A stretch of 63,407 nt of DNA, the filler included, from Stramenopiles sp. TOSAG23-6 (taxonomy: Eukaryota): NCBI GenBank assembly GCA_900128565.1. It is 12 parts of 12 records of this genome, joined end to end, with 100 filler letters (N's around TTAATTAATTAA, not from the genome) between each part and the next. Parts side by side here need not be neighbours in the genome. Positions count along the whole stretch, not along the records: positions 36,889 to 42,900 come from LT636794.1; positions 43,001 to 49,009 come from LT636795.1; positions 49,110 to 55,109 come from LT636796.1; 9 more parts are not named here. The stretch is one strand, 5' to 3'. The translations under genes and the position numbers were made by a program. Shown here piece after piece: positions 37,579 to 51,365 of the stretch (positions within the stretch are counted from its first letter, which is position 1; every line of letters begins with the position of its first letter). The notes beneath the pieces were generated by a model, which made no database searches, was not told the DNA's origin, and saw only the letters and a list, made by a program, of their open reading frames with translations.

Positions 37579-37984
37579 TTTCAAAGTTTCGTTATATATA
37601 CATAATGGGTAAGGTCCCACTTATAAATGGAATCGTAACAACATCCCCATTTTCTATAATGCAAGGATAAATATTTGGAATATTTTTCTGCCTCGATAGA
37701 ATTTGCAACGACAATATTTTGGATACGATTCGCGGGAATTCGCGGGCTATAGATTCATATACAAATTTTCGTAGTTAAATTCTAATTTCTAATTTATTTG
37801 GATATGACAGTTTTGTCCCAGGATTTCGTGGGGGAGTTTTTGCTGAATTTTTAACAGTCCAATCTTTCTCTCTACTACGTAATAAAGATACTAAGTTTCT
37901 GAGATATCGTTGAATAAATAGATTANATCACACGCGATTACCTTAAGGTTGCGACTGTCAGATTGAATCAGTTGTGCGTGTAGA

Positions 37985-40900
37985 ATGTCAAGATCTAATA
38001 TTCTTTCCCCTCGAGCAAATAGCTTACTCAATACAAACAGAACTTCAAGTTTTAGAAGTTCGAATGTGAAACAAAAACCTCTCTCAGCAGTAGGAGGGAA
38101 ACTTGTCGTAGCTACAATGTCTGTCGCTCTAGAACGTGCACACAAAGAAATGGCCTTAATGAAAGCACAACTTGAATCTCAAACACGAAAAGCAAATCGC
38201 TTGGAAGAAGAAGTCGAAGCGAATCCTAGCGTTGTCACAAGACTTCGAAAGCAACTGAGAGCCAAGACTGTCGAACTAAATGGACTCTCTCGAACTCTTA
38301 AATCAACAGAACTAGAGGAAGCAGAGCGTCGGAATGAAATAATGAAATATTCATATCGTCTAAAGCAGACTAAAAAAAGTCTTGCTTCATTTGAAAAAAA
38401 AAGTCAAAGACTTGAATCTCAAAGAAGAAACTTAATTTCAAGAAATTTGCGAAGCATGCTAAAAGGCACCATAGTTCGATGTTTTGATGCTTGGAAACGC
38501 TGTACAGCAGAGAGTTCTCGTGAAGTGAAAATATTAAGAAAACTTCGTTCACGATTTTCCAAACATACTTGTGCTAGAGTATTCTATGCTCTACATCGAA
38601 AAGTACTAAGGAGAAAAGAGTTATACGACTTGTTATATTATAGGCTATGTGAAGCTAAAACAGCTTGGGTCAGTACTGCATTTAGAAAATGGCATAAATT
38701 TGCTGATACTGCCACTCGAATAATAAAATTAATAATTAGTAGAATTCGTTCAAAAGAGGAAATGTGGCTTGCAATGGGTTTTCGTACATGGTATTTACAA
38801 TCTTCTGCGATTAAGTTTCATTTAGGAAAAGCTGAAAAACTTCGAAAACTTTTATTTGGTAAAATGGGCCGATCCGTAGCCGATCATTTAGGACTTGGTA
38901 CAGGAACTAGATTTAGACAATGGATTTCATATGTAAGTAGACGTAGGCGTGCAAGAAGACATTGTCAAAAATTTGTTAGAGCTTATTATCGCGAAAGTTA
39001 TACATGGGCCTTTCGTAAAATAGAAAACAATTCTAGGGAAATCTCACATAAAAGAAAAAGGATGAAGAAATTAATAGTGAAATGGGAATATAAACATTTA
39101 TGGAGAGGTTTTTCTGGTTGGCTTAATAAGTGTAGAGATATTATAAATAGAAGAGCGTTTGTATTAAAAGTGTTGAAACGAATGACAAGGTCAAAACTTT
39201 CAGTAGGATTTCATACTTGGAATAATCGAAGCATTGATGTAACTAGCCAAAAACAATTTCTTCGAAAAACAATATCACGTATTACACATTATAAAACAAC
39301 TATAGGATTTCAAACATGGTATAAATATGCAAAAGAAGTTGAACGATCTAAAACTCTATTCAAAAAGGTCATGGCTCGTATTGTTAAAAATAGAATGTCC
39401 ATTGGATACTATACTTGGAAACATCGTGTTGAAGAATTTAAATATACAAAAAAAATGTTAACTAGGATTGTTACAAGAATAGTAAAATTAAGATTAGGCA
39501 AAGGATTCTACACGTTTCGCAGTAATGGGGAAGATGCTTTAAAAAAACGTGGAATATTGAAACGTGTAATGTCTCGTTTTACAAAATCTCATACTTTCAA
39601 AGTATTTTATACCTGGAAGAGTCATGCAAAAGATAAACAAAAACGAGAAAAACTGATAAAGCAAATAGTCGGACGTTTGACAAAGGTAAAGACATTTAAA
39701 GGGTTCTCAACGTGGAAACGTAATTTAGAAGATATCAAAAATCAGAAAAAACTTATTCGTAGAATCGTGGCAAGAATAACAAAGTCTAAAATCTCTAAAG
39801 GATTTTTTACATGGAATGATCGTATTGATCAAATTGTACAACAACAATTTGTTCTCGCTAGATTCTTTACACGAATGTGTAATGTTAAACTTTCCAAGGG
39901 TTTTAAATCATGGAATCATAATGCAGCAGAGGTACATCGTAAAAGAAAAAAATTAAAGAATATTGCAATGCGTATGACGAATGGACGATTATGTCGTATA
40001 TTCTATTGTTGGCAAACTAATGTACGTACAATTGTAGAGACAAAAATATTTTTGAAACGTATTCTCGGAAGAATGGCAAATGCACGGCTCTCAGTTACAT
40101 TCAATACATGGAAGAGTAACTTGGATGAAATGTGTAGTCAAAGGAAATTTCTTCGAATTTTAATTGCGCGTATTTGTCTATCTCGATTACATCTAGGATT
40201 TAATTCATGGAATAACAATTTAATAGAAATGCATCGTGCCCGATTGAAGTTGAAAAATATACTTATACGTATGTCGAATGCAAAGTTATCTAGCGCATAC
40301 CACACATGGAAAACAAATGCTCGTCGAATAGCAAATATTTCAGCAATAATGCAGCGGACAGTAATACGTTTAAAGCAAGCTACTTACTCCAAGGGCTTTT
40401 ATAACTGGCGTACTAATGCGGAGGAGAAGTATTTTACACAACAATCCTTATTGGGATTTTTATCTCGCATGTCACAATCTAAATTAAGAAGAGGATTTAA
40501 TACTTGGAGTAGTAATGCAGCTGAAATGAGTAAGAGAATAAAATTAGTTCAACGTATTCTATCGCGTATGTCAAACAGACTGATAGCTAGAGGCTTTTCA
40601 GGATGGCGAAGATATAATTATTATGGTCGTCAAATATACAAAGCTTTGCTTTCTATTTCTAGCAAGTGGAGACAAAATAATCTATTATCAGCATGGGGTA
40701 AGTGGCATAACTTTGCGATTCGTGTACACAATCGTTTACGTAGTATAATGACACGATGGTTTATTGCATTAAAAACAGATGCACTTCGAAGAGGATTTAG
40801 AATATGGGATAGTTATGTAAAGAATCAAGTATGTCGAGGTCGTTTGTTACATCGTTTATTAGATAGATCATTTAGATTCTATCTTCGAAAGACGATGTTT

Positions 40901-42900
40901 TTATGGAGAGAATCAATAGATGAAATGGAAAATAGAACAAAGAAATTACAAGCAAAGATTAGATGTATTCTCAATGATATTCTAGTGAGAACATTTGGTG
41001 GATGGAAACGATTTCGTATAGAAAGATTACGCGCAAGAGATATTACACGCAGGTATGTAACAAATTGGTGTCGATCACGACTTATAATTTCAATGGAAAA
41101 GTGGCTAAGTGTTGTACACCATACCCAAATTTTGGAAATGAATAAAGAAGAAAAGCGCAAAAACGCAATGCTACAGCATGTTTTTNCTAATCACTATAAA
41201 ATGAGATGCGAACGGTATACTTTACTACTTTGGCGCCGAGGTGCACGTACGCGTCGTGATAAAAGACGTGGGTTATTCATGATGGATTATACAATGACGA
41301 AACATTTGATTTCTCATAGTTTTCATTTCTGGCAGGCAAGCTGTGTTGGAAGAATTCGAACTGCACGTTTGTTCAAAGGATGTGTAAAAAGATGGAGATT
41401 AAGAATGATGCGTTTTGCATGGCATATTCTTGTAGATCATGCAATTAAGAAGAAATCTGTCCAATTTCATTGCAAGTTAATCATGAACCGCTGGAAAAGT
41501 AAGAACAAGGCAGCAGCAATGCGTAAATGGATACATTGTGCAAATACAGCATTGTATGCTGAACAATTAAAAACCAGACGGGAAGAAGTCACTCGGCGTT
41601 TGTTTCGTAATATGGTATACAGATGGAAGCATCAACATAAAACATCTGCAATTAATCAATGGAAAGCAGTTGTCAATAGTCAACGTCAGCGTGAGCGTGA
41701 AGCAGAACAAGTAAGAAGAAAATTCCAAGCCATGGCAATGCGTTGGAAACATCAATATAAAGCAACAGCAATGCGAAAATGGCATTTAGTAGTACAAGCA
41801 GAACATGATGAAGAACACAAAGCAGGTAAAACAAAACGAGCATTCCTTTCCATGTTGTGCCGATGGAAAAATCGCCATAAGGCTAGTGCAATTCGTCAAT
41901 GGAAAGGTTTCATTGATGATGTACATAATGCTGAGACACGCGCAGATACAATCAAGCGTACCTTTAGAAATATGGTTGGTCGTTGGAAACATAAACTCAA
42001 AGCTTGTGGTATACGCAAATGGATTGCATGTGTCGATGAAGAACGGAAATTAGAAAAGGAGCAAAAACACCATTCAGATAAAGTGCGTCATATAATGTCT
42101 AGTATGGCCATCCGATGGAAAAATCGTCACAAAATCGCTGCAATGCGTAAATGGACTGCAGTTAAATTACTAATGGAGAGAGCAACTCGGGTGATGCACT
42201 CTTTAATGTGTCGATGGAAACATCAACACGAAGCAGTAGGAATGAGGAAATGGATAATATTCATTAGAGATATTCACAAAGCAGAAGAGAAAAAAGCACG
42301 CGAAGAAGAACTTCGATTAGAGCATGCTAGTGCGACAAAGAGAACATTGCATTCTTTAGTATGTCGATGGAAACGTCGAAATGAAGCTAATGGTATGCGT
42401 GCGTGGAAGGAGAGTGTGAATGCACAGCAGAAAGAAGAAGAAGAAGCTGCTCGACATAAGGAAACTGCAAAACGTGTATTACATTCAATGATGTGTCGTT
42501 GGAAACATCAGCATGAAGCAAATGCAATGCGTGCGTGGAAGGAAGTTGTGAATGTACAGCGGAAAATAGAAGAAGAAATCGCCCGGCACAGGGAAACTGC
42601 CAAACGTGTATTGCATTCAATGATGTGCCGCTGGAGACATCAGCATGAAGCTAATGCTATGAGTTCATGGAAAGAACTTATAAATGTGTTGCGTTTAGAA
42701 GAACAACGCAGCGCAAATGAATTAAGTTTAGAAGAACAACGTAAAGCTTCAGCGAAACGTGTATTACATTCAATGATGTGCCGCTGGAGACACCAACATG
42801 AAGCGAATGCTATAAGTTTATGGAAAGAGCTTGTGAACGTGACGCGTTTAGAAGAACAACGTAAAGCTTCAGCGAAACGTGTATTACATTCAATGATGTG
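37985..42900 (+). CDS. Large Sfi1-like Trp-repeat helical protein (putative centrin-binding), 3' partial
   Basis: >1600-aa ORF with ~33-aa repeats R.......F..W; near-identical C-terminal repeats. Confidence 0.65.
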
Positions 42901-43059
42901 NNNNNNNNNNNNNNNNNNNNNNNNNNNNNNNNNNNNNNNNNNNNTTAATTAATTAANNNNNNNNNNNNNNNNNNNNNNNNNNNNNNNNNNNNNNNNNNNN
43001 GTTTTTTATAAAAATTTTGTACCTAACAAATTTCGAATTTAATTTTTTTTACAATGCAT

Positions 43060-43143
43060 GTAAGTCGATCCTTAGCTTCATTTCCAGATCATATTGAGTC
43101 GATTGAACTGCAAACTGCATTGAGTAAACTGTTTACACAATAA
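43060..43143 (+). CDS. Terminal exon of an unknown gene
   Basis: Follows family acceptor acaatgcat; open to TAA. Confidence 0.4.
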   Translation, partial: VSRSLASFPDHIESIELQTALSKLFTQ

Positions 43144-43503
43144 ATAAATAATACTTGATATATATATATATATAATTGTTTTAATTAACTTCTTACAAAA
43201 TGTAATGCTGATTTTTCTTTAGAAAACCCTAACCCTAGGAGTTTTTTTCTTTAGAACGGAAGAAAATACAGAAAATATAGCGGATATAAATTCTCTCTTG
43301 ATTCCGCCGGTAACGGTTAACCCAACATATCCTTAGTTAGGTACCATTGATACTATTTATACAGATACTCTATATTCTATAGCCTTGATCATGTAAAAAC
43401 ATTGTATTCGATTATACACGAAATATAACAACTCGACGAATCTGATTTGCATTTATATTTACATTTGGTACATAATTACGTACTCAAAAGTAGTATTGAA
43501 AAA

Positions 43504-45450
43504 ATGCCTATAACAAATGAAAAGGTCACTGATCTTGAAACAACTGGAACAAACCAAGAAAAACAGCACCAGACACGAAAACTATTTAAAGTTCCGCTCA
43601 TTAACAAAGTGGTGGATGTAGGTGGTGGTGCAAAACTTGGGTACTACTATACCACGATATTTCTTGGAAATCCACCTAGACGTTTTAGCGTAATATTAGA
43701 TACAGGTAGCTCCAAGACGGTGATTCCATGCGTAACGTGTACGGTTTGTTCAGGTCACGCTTTCAATCCTAACAAAAGTACAACTTCGAGCATAACAGAT
43801 GAAACCTTTAAGGATAATTATGAAGAGGGTTCTTCGTTGTATGGAAAGTTTATTACAGACCTCGCATGTATTGGAATAGCTACATCGTCGTGCGTTGGAA
43901 ATACCCTCCCTTTTATGTTTGGTTGTGCTGATTACATGTCTACAGCTTTTCAAAAACAAAAAGTTGATGGTATCATGGGACTAGGAAATGGAGAGTATAG
44001 CATTATAGAATCAATGAAGGTGCAACATCGAATTCAATCAGATACATTTAGTTTATGCTTCAACACAAATGGTGGTGTATTAACAGTAGGCGGTTATGAT
44101 GATACATTTCATTATAATAACAATTTTAGTAAAATAGTATGGACATCATTACTAACAGATTATTTAGGTAGACTAGGATCTAGATACACCGTTAATGTAG
44201 ACAATATTTCAATGAAAGCAACAGGAATGCAATCAAAACATCAACTTGATTCTAATCTTTTCAGTATAACTGCAATTTTAGATAGCGGTACATCAGATAG
44301 CTTTGTTCCTCGAGATATTTATATCTCATTTAGAAGAAACTTTGTTTTCCATTGTAGAGAGATGGCTGAGCACACAGAAAAACGATTAAACAATACTGAC
44401 CAATGTCTGAAAGAACCATGCGGATGTTCGGGGAAATATATAGATACTGATGGTGACAATATATGTCTTTACAAGCCAAACTCGGTACCATTAAATGAAT
44501 TTTTCAACTCTTTTCCAAATATTTACATTACGCTTAATGGAGGACGCTCTGTGCGTATGTTTTAGTTTTTTTTAAGTTTTGAATGTATTGGAGTTTTTCC
44601 CGAAACATGTTGTACCTAACAAAATGTACAAAAAACAGTATTTTTTCACAATGTATGAAGTCGCCATGGAGAACGTCCACGAAGCCAGGAGAAATCTTCT
44701 CTCTTTCGTATTGAAAATGACTTGTATTCCCTATGCATACCTCCATCACAATATTTCTTCAAAAGTTCTCATAATAATATTTGGTGCATTGGGATATTAC
44801 CTGATGATGCAAATAATGAATTCATACTAGGTGCAAATATAATGCAAAATTATGACGTCATTTTCAATCGAGAAGAGAGAAAAGTCGGATTTGTGAGATC
44901 TTATTGTACACAAAATACACAAAATACACAAAATACAAAAAATATAAATAGTTGTACTTTGCTTGAGATGACTTCTCAGGGTGATAAAGTTAATCAAAGT
45001 CCATCAATAATACAAGATGGCCATGTTAATTCTTCTCGAAGTAAGACAAATACTATGAATAACCCGAACCAAAAGGACATCTTTAACAAACAAAATGTAT
45101 ATGAAATTGCTACATTTAAAAAAAGAAATCCAGAGGGGTTTTATCAATCAATACTCGATGAAAGTAAACATAATATTTATGATGCAATCAAATATGGAAA
45201 ACGTGATCATTTTGAGTTATTTATATGCATGTGTATATTGTTTGGGATTATAATATGTATTGTTTTATATGGTTGTTATAAACAATGTTGTAAAATCATA
45301 CGATGTGGAAAGCAACAACATAACTATTCTAGAACATCAAATGTTGATATTGATGTAGTTCCTTTTGATATTGAATTGTCTAATTTGACTGTTGACAATG
45401 ATATTCAAAATGAAAATAAAATAGAAGAATTTGGACTAGATGATGGGTAA
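43504..45450 (+). CDS. A1 aspartic protease with C-terminal TM (plasmepsin V-like architecture); GT-AT intron 44555-44656; start uncertain
   Basis: ILDTGSS, ILDSGTS, DGIMGLG, ILGANIMQNYDVIF. Confidence 0.88.
44555..44656 (+). other. GT-AT family intron (register-defining)
   Basis: C|gtatgt..cacaatgtat|GA gives CGA; shifting by -1 or -2 creates in-frame TGA. Confidence 0.8.
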
Positions 45451-45824
45451 TATTTTAATAATGAAAATAAATGTTACAAATTTTTCCTACGAAAAACAAA
45501 AAAAAATGAACGACTTTTTACCAAATCTCAAGATAATAATTTATTTTAAAAAAAATAAAAGTCAAGTGAAATTTTCAAAAAAAATGAAATTGAAACAAAT
45601 GAAAGAGCAAAAAATATGATAATTTTTATATTTTGCTTTATTAACAACAGTTTTTTTTGTACGTTTTTTTCATTGTAAATTATAAAAATTAAAAAAAAAA
45701 ACCTAGAAAATAATCAAATCAATTTGCATTAATTTTTAAATTAAACTTCACTAGCAAAAAATCCTAGAAAATAATCAAATCAATCTGCATTAAAATTTAA
45801 ATTAAAAATTTAAATTAAACTTCA

Positions 45825-47916
45825 TTAGCTATTATCGCAACAATTGTTTTCAGGACAAGGCGTCTGATTTGGTGCACAGAATTGACCCGTCGCACAATGT
45901 ATTTGGCAATTATCTGGCGTTTGTGTTTTTCTTTTTTCGGCAAATGTTGCTGATAAATTATGAAAAAATATGTCACAAAAAAAAAATGTTAGGTATGAAA
46001 TTTCTAGAAAAAATATAATTTTGATACTCATATGATGAAAACGTACTATCTGGGTTAGAAGCACATGGTTGTTTTTGTGCCTCTGTACGAGATGTTTTAC
46101 CTTTAAATAACGAATGAAGATCGTCACAAAAAGTGTTCAAAGCAGAGCCAAAACAAACATTGTTGTTGTTATTAATAAAGGGTTTTACTAATTCTTCAAC
46201 TCCTTTTCCTCCATCACGTTCGTTTTGGAATTGTTGAAGATTGTCGGTAATTTTGAAAAAAAGGTTCGAACACTTGTTGAACTTACAATTTTGTGTGCTT
46301 GGTTTACAGTCACAAGTCACTTTATCTATGTCGTCTGGATAAAAACCACAGTCAATCTTTGCTGGATTGGCGCATCCAAAGTTGGAATCGTTTTTGTCAT
46401 GCCAATAACTGTTGTCTAACTTTGAACAGGGATTTTGTGAAAAATACATCTTCCATGTTTCTTGATTATCTGTGGTCAATTGTACTGCCATATTTAGATT
46501 TACACCATCAACAGCAGTGACGTCCGCTACCACATCCATTCCTCCTTCCACCATGATTGGGCTTGTCATAAAATTCAATGCTTTCAAGCCATTTATATCT
46601 GTATAATCGGAAAAGAGTTTATCGTTATTTCCCGTTATACCAAAAATTCGAGCAGCGTAAGTACCTGTTGTGGTCAAAAACACACGATTTCCTCCTGCAT
46701 TGACCGGAATTCTAACGACGAGGGTTTCACCTTTTGGTAAAAGATATTCATGAAATATATCGGATCCCATTGGATTGATTGCATGCTGTTTCCAATTAAA
46801 AACTTTGTTCTTCACGGTTTTAGATGGCGAAAGACCATCATCAATCTCCCACTTTTGATTTTCACTACCAGTTTGAAAGAAAACATGCAAATAATCACCA
46901 CAATAATTATTTACAATCTGTACCGTTTTCTCATTTTGTTTTTCCAGCTCCATAAACGCTCTATGATTTGGGTTATCAAGGTCACTAAAGACCAGCAACA
47001 TCTTGTACGGTGGTCTAAGATATGGAGAAGATCCTACATCGTTATAGTCATAACAATACGATGTGAAGTCAGCTTGTCCAGTAAAGACATCACTATTACC
47101 TACAATACCACATCCTCCCCCAGCATTACCTGATGTTACTGGTGCTGATCCACCACTTCCACCACCACCACCATTGCCACCTGTTGGTGCTGATGCTGGA
47201 CCTGATGGTGTTACTGGTGCTGATCCACCACTTCCACCACCACCACCATTGCCACCTGCTGGTGCTGATGATGGACCTGATGGTGTTACTGGTGCGGATC
47301 CACCACTTACACCACCACCACCTCCTGATCCACCACCTGCATCATCGCCACTACCACCACTTCCACCACCACCACCTCCTGCATCATCACCTGCATCATC
47401 GCCACTTCCACCACCACCACCCTCATCATCACTACCACCATCGCCACCAGCATCACCACTGGTATCATCACCACCGGTATCACCACCATTACTACCATCA
47501 TCACCAACAACTCCGCCATTCATTATTTCAGCCAAGTCGAGCTTAATCCTTTCTTTGAATTTACTTTCGTCTATGTCCGTTACAACCACCCAAGTAAATT
47601 TAACTGAACTAGCTGACGCTGTAATACCATCAACTCCGTTCACAACTTTGCCCCCTTCCTTTTCTACTGCAGCTACAATTTTTTTCCTTTCTTCCAAGTA
47701 GTCATTGTTTTGATCATATGTTCCATCTATCGTAAAACTCTCAGTGAAGGCAATACTTGAACTGTTTGAACGTACAAAGACCAGTGGAATTAAAATACCA
47801 AGAGATATTGCAACCACTAGAAAGACTACAAGTATATTTACTCTTGTCTTTGTCCAGAACACCGTCTTCTTATTTGTCTGTGAGTTCCCCCCCAGGAGTG
47901 GCGTTTGAGACGACAT
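45825..47916 (-). CDS. Type II membrane protein with Gly-rich linker and thaumatin-like domain; intron 45953-46046
   Basis: N-terminal TM, Gly/Ser repeats, VQIVNNYCG, DVTAVDGVNLNM, SYCYDYND. Confidence 0.55.
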
Positions 47917-48061
47917 TGGTATTTGCTTTTCTTTGCGTCGGGCGATGTCGTACGATAATAATATTAATGTTGGATTCAAAGTTAAGATATACGGTTTAAA
48001 AGTTTTCTTTTGGATACTGTACGTTTTTTTATTTTTGTAATTCTTTATTTTGGATGTTTTG

Positions 48062-48100
48062 TATTTCGTGTTTTGCTTTGTGAGCGCAAAACACGAAATA
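48062..48100. promoter_or_regulatory. 15-bp inverted repeat carrying CACGAAA in a divergent intergenic region
   Basis: TATTTCGTGTTTTGC-N9-GCAAAACACGAAATA. Confidence 0.55.
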
Positions 48101-48348
48101 TACCTGTGTGTTTGGCAGGTGATGTTTTACAAAAATCGTGTCAAAGTGAATGAATGGTTTATGACAGCAAAAGCATGAATAAAAAAATTATTGGCCAGCG
48201 TCTTTGGCTTGACCACTCTTTTTTTCTCTCTCTCTCTCTCTACGAGTCACAATATTTTGTTGTTTGATCATTTTTCAAGGATACAACTTGATATTTGGTA
48301 GTTAATTTGCATTCATTTATTGTTGTTGTATTATGTTAGAATAGGGCG

Positions 48349-49009
48349 ATGAATTTCTTCTTTAATTGTAGCGGACAATCAACGGCCACTACTTCAAATA
48401 CTCAAGACGCATCTCAAGAAAACGAAAATGTACCACCCAATGAAAATCGTGACGGCGTTTTACTGGTTGCTGCGCAAGAGTTAGCGATTGGTTCAATTTC
48501 TTTATCTGACTTTTTGCATTTGCACAGAAAACATAGTTTAATGTTGACAGATGGAATGGCACCGACGACATCGTATTCATTCACTTCTTTGGAATTACAC
48601 AGTGCGGCTGAAAAACTTGCAAAAAAGTCACTAAGTGTTGAAGAGTTTCTCAATCTCGTTAAACAGAAACAAAATAGTACATTTGAATCGAATATGTATA
48701 CACGTAATAGTGATATATCAAAATGTAATGGTACATCAAATACAAATACTACCAAAAAAGAAATGATTCAGACAAATGAAAACAATACCAACAATGAAAT
48801 AAATCATAAAAATCATAAAACTCATAAAAATCATAAAAATGAAAACAATACCAAAAAAACCAAAAATGAAATAAACCAGAAAAATAAATTAAATTCAGAG
48901 AATGAAATTGTTTCACTAACCCCTAACCCTAATGTTAATGAAAATGTTTCACCATCCAATGTTAATGACATTATCCTTGAAGTCTCAGCTATGAAATTTG
49001 CTAATGGTA
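48349..49009 (+). CDS. Hypothetical protein fragment
   Basis: Open frame to contig end; repeated AA..LA...S...F motif. Confidence 0.4.
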
Positions 49010-49109
49010 NNNNNNNNNNNNNNNNNNNNNNNNNNNNNNNNNNNNNNNNNNNNTTAATTAATTAANNNNNNNNNNNNNNNNNNNNNNNNNNNNNNNNNNN
49101 NNNNNNNNN

Positions 49110-49763
49110 CTCTTCAAATGGGTGCTCTAGTTTCAACTNTTCTGTTTCGACATGATCAGTAAAGAGTTTTTTCTTATCCTCCACTGACATTTTTTCCCAT
49201 TTCTCAGCTCTTTTTTTCTTGTTCAAGTATCTTTCAAATCCAGCAGCAAGTGCTTCATCACCAGGTACGTCAAGAGGTACATCACGAGCATTTATCATTC
49301 TTCTGAAAGCTGACAGCGACAGTTTGGACGTTTCTTCCTGGTTTGGGAGAAATTTCAAGACATGTAGCCAGGGTTTTGAAAGGTTCACACCTGAAGCTTT
49401 TCTAAAAATGTTGTCCAGAGCTAGCTTTGTCCAAGGAAATTTCCATGACTCAAGGCTTTTAGAAGCAATGTCTGTTACCATTGAATGATCAATCTTAAGT
49501 TCATCGGAATTTTTGGAATCTCCCAATAAGCCGCGTAAAAATGCCAAGCGCTTACGTGCCCTTAAAACAAGGACATCCCAGTTCTCGTCCTTAAATTGTT
49601 GCGCAAGGCTGTCCCATCTTGATTGAACCTGTTGTTCCACCCGAACAAGTTCCTCGGGCTCTGGTTCCAGGGGCTCTGGTTCCGGCATGCTGCTACGGAG
49701 GCTGTGCATTGCAGCAACTGATTCATGTAATGCAATCAAGCTTAATAGTGCTAACCACTTCAT
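49110..49763 (-). CDS. Secreted hypothetical protein, 3' partial
   Basis: Signal peptide MKWLALLSLIALHESVAA. Confidence 0.5.
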
Positions 49764-49887
49764 TATTCTTGAAATGTTTCGGAGTCCTTTTCTTTGAAGT
49801 TTCTATCGCCGTGAAGTTTACTAAAAAACTATAAAAAGAACTGACTGGTAGCAAAGTCGACGAGTATATTTATCTATTGCTTCCCAC

Positions 49888-51057
49888 ATGTCTTCGCTGA
49901 GTGAAAAAATGACAAATGACATCAGTCACTTATCATTGAAATCTCCTCAATCACTTCTAACGACAAGCCGTATTGAGACTTCAAATGTGTCAACTTCAAG
50001 TGTTTCAACATCAACCATTACTACATCTATACAAGAGCAGCGTAAGGCCAGGCGTATAGCAAAACGTAAAGCAAAACATGAGTTAAAGAAGACTATTTCT
50101 CCTACAAAAACGACTAAATTACGTATTTTAGCACTCCACGGAGGAATGCAAAATGCAGAGACTTTCAACAAACAAACAAAGAAACTTCAGAAGAAGTTGT
50201 GTAAAATAGCTACTTTTGACTTTATAGATGCTCCTTTTCTGACATTGAAGCCTGATTATGAAAAGCCTCGTTGTGTAAAGACAGGGCAGTATCAATATTC
50301 TACAGTACCACCATCCGATGAGAATATTCGTAGTTGGTGGGGTTGGAATTCAGAAAATCCGCAAGATTATCGATATGCCATTAATGGTCATGATCAAGAA
50401 GGATTAGTGTATGGTAATTTACAAACGTCTTTAGAATTTATTTGGACTCAGTGGACTAAAGAAGATAAAAAATACGATGGAATTCTTGGGTTTAGTCAAG
50501 GAGCTGTAGTTTCATCAATATTTTCTGATTGGGTTATACGTACAAAACCACAAAAATCAAAAAATATTCCACAATTTCTCATTCTAATCTCAGGATTTTT
50601 AAAACCTGTTCCAATAAATATACCCGAATATTGGATCGATAGAGATTCAATGTATAACAATATTGGGTACAATGGCAATGGTAATCAACTTATTACTGAC
50701 ATTAATGATTTTATTACAAAAAATAGTAAAAATAGTAAAAATAGTAAAAATGAGGCATTTATGATTCCTTCTCATCTAACTGATGTTTTCCAGCACTTTG
50801 AGCTAGACAATACGAAAGGATTGAATACTACAAAACAAAATATTAGTGCGATTAAAAGTTTACACATTTATGGTTTACATGATACGATTATGCCCAATTA
50901 TAGAACAATTTCATTAGCATCTAAATATACAAATGCTGTAGTGTTTGGTCATTGTTGTAAAAAAAAAGGTCACATTGTTCCACAAAATAGTGAAAGTATT
51001 CAGAAAATGAAAACATTTTTAGAATTGTTTTTAAAGGAAAATAATGTAAAAAAATAA
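49888..51057 (+). CDS. FSH1/OVCA2-family serine hydrolase
   Basis: ILALHGGMQN, FIDAP, DGILGFSQG, HIYG..D, GH. Confidence 0.85.
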   Translation: MSSLSEKMTNDISHLSLKSPQSLLTTSRIETSNVSTSSVSTSTITTSIQEQRKARRIAKRKAKHELKKTISPTKTTKLRILALHGGMQNAETFNKQTKKLQKKLCKIATFDFIDAPFLTLKPDYEKPRCVKTGQYQYSTVPPSDENIRSWWGWNSENPQDYRYAINGHDQEGLVYGNLQTSLEFIWTQWTKEDKKYDGILGFSQGAVVSSIFSDWVIRTKPQKSKNIPQFLILISGFLKPVPINIPEYWIDRDSMYNNIGYNGNGNQLITDINDFITKNSKNSKNSKNEAFMIPSHLTDVFQHFELDNTKGLNTTKQNISAIKSLHIYGLHDTIMPNYRTISLASKYTNAVVFGHCCKKKGHIVPQNSESIQKMKTFLELFLKENNVKK

Positions 51058-51365
51058 AAATCAAAAGAATTAATAGAAGAAATTGTGTCATTTTGCATTT
51101 TGCTATAAAAAGTGTATATTTCGTGTTTTAGGTAAGTATATTGAGTCACTCGAGTTATTACGCATACGAGATTGGTACAAAATTGACGTAGTAAAATTAT
51201 TTCGCATATTCCGCATATAAACACGCGCGCTCGAACGAGTAAAGCGCGTGAGTGCGCGTGAGTCTCTCTATTTACTGTTGGTCGAACTGTAAAAGCTACA
51301 CAACAAAATATACGCATGTACAAAGTGAAACAAAACACTTACATAATACATTGATAAAGAAGTAA

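Noticed and set aside
47063-47701. Pro-rich and His-rich ORFs, and similar antisense ORFs at 2447-2865 and 52666-54354
   Set aside because: Shadow frames of low-complexity coding repeats
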